From Bugula neritina (Eukaryota > Animalia > Bryozoa): a stretch of DNA of 64,000 nucleotides. Location: positions 7,607,929 to 7,671,928 of the forward strand of contig OZ037769.1 of assembly GCA_964035545.1 (NCBI GenBank). The letters are read 5' to 3'. Shown here piece after piece: positions 58,334 to 64,000 of the stretch. How positions within the stretch are numbered: position 1 is the first letter of the stretch; each line of letters starts with the position of its first letter. The translations under genes were made by a program, and so were the position numbers. The notes under the pieces were generated by a model. It ran no database searches. It was given only the letters and a program-made list of their open reading frames with translations, and was not told where the DNA came from.

Positions 58334-61300
58334 CAGGATATCATTTCAGTAATAATTTCAGTTCAACCAAGTAGTAAAGACCTTTTAAAATTCAAATATG
58401 TGCCCTTGCTGCTTATTGCATATAATATGACAATAATTGTTTCCAGTTATATAAAGGTTTTATGTCACGTAACAAACTTTTCCATCACTGAAAAGTTTGA
58501 AACATAATGATTCTGTTGTGCAAACGGCAAAAATATATTCAGCTATGTAGGGAATTAGACATTCTCCTTAACAGGTATTATTAGTGCAATGCAATGTTAT
58601 ACAACAATGCAATCATATGTTCTCTTGAATTGCATAAGACTGATTTTTCCTCATCTGTTTATGTTAAGAAAATATCGTAAGCCTTGTGATTGTTGATGAT
58701 ATGAGAGAGCACTGGCTGGCAGAGAAGTTGAAGAATGGAAAGTGCTGGAACATATGGGGCTGTGTATTAGAGGCATGATTGACGTAAAATAACTGAATCA
58801 AAAGTTAAACTGAGTAGAGTTGGAAAAGTGTAGGTGGTATGATTGGTCACTAACCGATGCAAAAGTCACTAAGTTTAGCTCCTAAAAATAATTAACTAAT
58901 TAGCTTCCTCAATTTCCACCCCATTGGTCTTATCTTGTGTAACTAACTTTAATACCACCAATGACAGGTACTTGCATGCGGATCTCTCATCTAACTGGTC
59001 AAAAAACACCAAGTTCAACAGTGTTTAATCTTTTTATCTTTTGATTTTCTGCCTTTCACAGACTTTACCATGCAGTGGAAATTTAACTTTGAGATAATAA
59101 GTGTAGCTTTTTTGGGTAGTTTGTAGGCGTGGGGTTGTCCTAGAAGATGAACGATTCTGGTAACTAGGATGTTGATGGGTCATTGTTGTCGAGAGAAAAC
59201 ATACAATCTACTGCAGTAGGCATAATATTGCTTCCTATTAGGTTGGCTACCTCACACACCTGCCTACACCTGCACCATTCTAATAAATTATTGTTTAAAT
59301 GCTGAACATAATTTGGAACTTGTATCAGGATGTGAGAAGTTTTATGTGGATATGAAGTTTAAGCTATTGTTATAAAATTATTTTAGATTTCCAAGTTATT
59401 TATTCTAAGCAGCTTGGTTTTTGGTCACATTATACAAACAGGATTCATGAAAAGCAACTAGGCTACCATGACTTTAAGCTACATTGCCAGATCTCAATGA
59501 GTAATAAACAATTCAAAATGTTCTCAAATTTTCATTAATTTTAACAATAATGTTCATTATTTCTACTCAAGAACTTAATTAGTATACATATATATAGATT
59601 ATATTTTTACTTGAAAGCTCAAGTAGCGAATAGGTACAAATGATTTCTTTTAATTTTGATTTCAATCTATTTTCATATTTCAGGACTGCATTTAGTTTGC
59701 GTTAGGGACAAGACGTATTTGTAGCTAAAGATGTTTGACCAATGAAATTATTGGCAAACAAATTTTACCAAGTTTTAATCTGTTGCCTAAACATTAACTA
59801 GTTACAAAGTTTATTGTAGTGTTCTATAACTAAGTATAAGGCTGGTAGAAATCTGGAGTTGTGTCCCTGCCGTAACCCTAACTGAGAATGCAACTCCCCT
59901 AAACATATAGACTGTAGTATATTGACCAGAGTTTAAATTCCTGCAATCCTAGAATACTTTCAGCTCTGCACATGTCACGTAGAGCGGTATAGCATGCTTG
60001 CTCCATTAGAGTGGCATTGAAACGTAAAGGTAAGTAGAACGAATCAGTTTTGCAAAAAAAGATTTATGGTAATCATTGCCTATTCTTTCAAATTTCCTTG
60101 CATGCTCCATGCCCTCACAACCTTGATTTTTTGTAAAGTGAAATTATTTCTGCAAATTAATATTCATATGCATACAACACAGTTTTGCATAACAAATCAA
60201 TTGATATTTTTCAAACTGCCAATAGTCAATAATGAATGCTTCATATTTAAATATTTGTGAATGGGTTTTTCAGTTTTTTTGCAAGCTGCTCCGTATTGAT
60301 GATGCATGCGATTGAGCTTATGTACATTATACACAATGCATATAGGTTCTAATACAACTGCACTGTAAACCTGACATAATGACGAACTTTCAGTCCTTGG
60401 AGTGACCTCACTTGAGTGTGAAGCGCTAAACGACTGTCGTGTCGCTGCACTGCACTTTGTAATCTTGTATTTTAGCGAAGTTAATTTCATGTGCTGGCTG
60501 TGAAAAGTGTATAAAATGAATATCTAATGATGCCAATTTGTCTCTGCACAGGTGAGCGCATCAGTTTATAAGCAGTAATCATTCTTTTAGTAATAATTTG
60601 ATTAATTGCGGTTTATTATTTTATTTGCATCCGCATAGAGCAAACAAATACTTCTCAAGTGGAGTATAATTTTATTCATTGGAATTTGGCCTGCCACTCA
60701 ATAATTTTCCTTGCCATGTCCTGCTATAGGAAATCTCAAATGAGGGTCAACTAGCTATTAATATGCAGTAAGCAGAACAAACAGGTTAAATCCTGAAACA
60801 TGTCATTATTCATCAGACAGGGCCACATTTTAACAGGTTGGCTTGTTTTGGGTATAACTTTTAGGGCTGTCTTGTTGGCTTATGGTAAATTTTTTTTTCT
60901 AAATGTCACATGTTTTTCATCTTATTTTGGGTTTTTGGCAAATGATGCTGAATATATTATGATATAATTTAGATTTAGTTTAGATACTTTACTGTCCGTA
61001 CATAGAATAATTAATTATGTTTATATTAACTTAGTAAGCCAATACCAACGATACTTCATTACTTATAACTATTATATATATTCATCATCATAACTTTTTG
61101 TTTATTAAAAAGCTGTGCAAGTTAAAAGTTGTGCTCATGTCTTACCTTTACACAGATGTAACAAATCTGTTACCTGCAAATCACAATTCCATGTAATAAG
61201 AGACCCTTCAGAGACACTGCGCGGTTTATGCCAGCTGCTGTATGTTACATTTTGACTGTAATTTGTCATAATTCATACTAAGGATTTCATGGTTTCTACA

Positions 61301-62443
61301 CCATGACACGGATTAATTTATATGTCATTCTCCGTCCTTCGCATCTTCAAATGGCCTTCGTTAAGGTTACATTGATAGGCCAGAAGAAATTTATTTGCAC
61401 TTGACTTATGTTTATTATTATAGAAATTTTTCAAACAATTATTATTTTTTATAGATGTTTGTGTCACGAAATTGCATAGTCAACGCAAAAAGAGTATAAT
61501 TGTTCTCTTTCACACTTCTAGCTCCAAGTTAAATTCATATGAGAAACACCTGTCTATGTTAAATTAAAAACATTTATATATTATTAAGTTGCCTATATTG
61601 TGTTTCATATAATATCATGACTCATTTATTTTGTATGTTAAAACGCCCATTCTGCCACCTAGTTTATTTCCTATGAATATATGTGCAATATGGTATTTTA
61701 CACCATTCAGTTTAACCTAACACGTCTTATGAAGACTATGGCCCAATAAATAAATTGTAAGTGCTAAGTAGGATAAAAGCCAATGATTTTGCAATTTGTT
61801 TTTCCGTCTTACTAACATTTCATATATTCAATTAGCTGGCTTTGTAATATATATTTTCTCTTATTTGTTTCTTACAATGCCTTCAATCCTTGATTAATCT
61901 AAAACATGGAAGGGCTGAAAGAAATGCAATTATGAGAAATAGAGATTATTGTGTTCGTGACGTTTTGTTCTCAATGCACGGCTCACATGCAACCCAGCGC
62001 GTGTTACGTCCAGAATGAAATGCAAAATCTTATTTCCTTTGCAGGTGGGTTAAAATTGAAATCATTAACTATTAAACATGTGTGCATATAGTCAATTCGA
62101 TGCTATAAAATAATTGACAAAAAATAGACTATCACAGTTGTTTGTGCCATTTTCCACATATAAGTTGGTGTGTTTCTAACAGTGTGTAATAATGTATTTT
62201 TAATAATATTATGTTATTCTGTGTCAATATAGATTTGCACTCAGTAGTTACTATTTTAATAATCAGCTTAATGCAATAGATGTGTAAAAAATGAAACGCA
62301 GATTTTATGTGCTCCTGAAAGGGTACTTCATATCTTCTTAGGGCACTCTCTGCCTTTACAATTTCTCATTCCCATAATTCCAGCAGACATACTATAAAGT
62401 AGCCTGCTAAAATCTCAAAAGAAATTTGAGGCTAATGAAACAG

Positions 62444-62602
62444 AATGGTTCTATAAGCAGCTTCAAGTTGGGGGTGAATGAGTGCAGTAGTTTGAGCTAT
62501 TGAATTTAATGTTGGGGGTTCCACTAAACCCCCAACTTCAAACTTGAGAGCTTTGAACTACTGCACTCATTCACCACCAACTGGAGCTGCTTATAAAGTC
62601 AT
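62444..62602. mobile_element. Palindromic MITE-like element, family A copy 2
   Basis: GTTCTATAAGCAGCTTCAAGTTGGGGGTGAATGAGTGCAGTAGTTTG...GAACTACTGCACTCATTCACCACCAACTGGAGCTGCTTATAAA; collinear with 3002-3172. Confidence 0.8.
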
Positions 62603-64000
62603 CCCTTGAAAAATGTGCAAAACTTGGCGGCGGCTCTATCAAAGATGAGCTTAGCATAAAATATATATATGAAATAAAGTCACCCTCATTCCAAACTAAA
62701 CTCAAAATCAAATTGGAGCTTTAGTCTAAGAGAGAGTCAGCATCACTTCTCCTGATAGTGTCTTGTTAGTTGCGTCTGTCTGAGTGTTTGAAACTTGTTT
62801 TTACATCCTACGTAATCTAATGAGCAGGTTGCTGTGAATATGCATATTTATCTATTGTGTTGATGACATATATCACTACCAAGTTGCCATTTAGTGCTCA
62901 AAATATTGCAAAGTAGTATCATGCATACAAAGCCAAGCTACAAGAGAAATAATATATGCAAGTTAAAATGGTAAACCATGTCCTAGTTACTGCTTTGCTA
63001 TCTGTAAATACTCACTGACTGAAACACTTTCCAGCAGCTAGGCTGTATGTATATTAGAAGGCAAAAACCTGTTAGATAGTGAAAAAAAGTTTCAGTGCAT
63101 GCTTATCTTTAGGGCGAGAGTTGTTATGTAGTTGTATTGGACTATCTAAGTTATACATGGTAGGCCATTGAAATGGTAATCTAGCATAAATTACTGTAAT
63201 AAGCTGATCATAATTTGTAAATGAAGCTATGAATCTGTAGTCTGCATGACTACATCCTATTATTTTCACACATTACCAGCCCAAAGTTATACTATTTCAC
63301 AGATGGTGATGGAACGCACCATAATATGATGATGTTTGCTTTATAAAAAATAAGGAAAATACCTACATATAAGTAAACAGATTATGCTAAAGCTTTTTTG
63401 TCTGCGCCATCGCAGGGAGGAAACCAACTTCTGGAGGCTGTTGAAAGACTTACAGAAATACTTCCCAAAACAAAGGTTGCTATTGGTTTAATGCAGTTGG
63501 AAATTAATAAACAATACTTCCAGAATGCTAAACGACGACTGGTCCGCCTTGGCGCCTCCTCTTAGTGGAACTGTGTGATTAAGAGTGATTTCTAGGTATT
63601 ATTAATGAGTCATTGTATAAAAAGTTAGGACAGGAACATGTACCATTGTCTAAAGCACCCTCGCGACTCAAACAACTCGATATATTTACTAGAGTATGCG
63701 GGAGACGCCCATTATATGCATTCCTGCATGACACATCATCATCATTATATGTCTGAGTCAGTTAGTCAAGTAGCACTTGCTCTTTGCTACTGAAGCTTAT
63801 CATCAAGTATGAGAAAAAATGGTCTAAACTGTATATATACTTTCTGCAAAAAAGGAGATGTAGTTGCACAGCTAGTCAAATCAACTGAACATTATATTCA
63901 AGAGCTGATCCTCACCTATCCTCACTTATCTCCACTCTGTCATGTTCGGTTAGCAGATATATTCAAGAGCTGATGCAGGTTTATAATTACTTAAAGTTAA

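Noticed and set aside
58700-59230. Possible decayed non-LTR retrotransposon RT fragment (minus-strand CKYLS resembling YKYLG)
   Set aside because: A single weak motif with interrupted frames; needs a tBLASTn/HMM search.
63400-63720. CpG-richer segment with splice-like signals
   Set aside because: The minus-strand frames I tested hit stops; cannot distinguish UTR, promoter or repeat.

Overview
AT-rich eukaryotic (invertebrate-animal-like) genomic DNA with GT-AG spliceosomal introns; most entries in the ORF track are artefacts of microsatellites or intron read-through. Manual splicing gives five coherent multi-exon genes plus two partial or uncertain ones. (1) A 299-aa Pro-rich unknown protein (+, 7391-10790). 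(2) A poorly resolved unknown gene (+, from 12808). (3) RIIAD1 (-, 18167-20528). (4) Head-to-head with it, a DsbA/FrnE-family thioredoxin-fold gene (+, 21110-22757) whose active site reads UGA-Pro-Trp-Cys and whose 3' UTR holds a type II SECIS-like hairpin, i.e. a candidate selenoprotein invisible to the ORF track. (5) A purple-acid-phosphatase-fold protein with its metal-binding motifs degenerated and two predicted membrane anchors (-, 27151-29759). (6) A divergent Gs-class G-alpha with large inserts and no N-terminal lipidation site (+, 44722-49170). (7) A probable 5' end of a minus-strand gene at the left edge. Non-coding DNA contains many non-autonomous palindromic DNA transposons (hAT-like foldback with 8-bp TSD, Kolobok-like, Harbinger-like, TA-flanked MITE pair), tRNA-derived SINE-like heads, minisatellites, perfect palindromes, and hexamer-periodic tracts that recur near gene 5' ends. 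All family assignments are from motif recognition by eye, not database searches.
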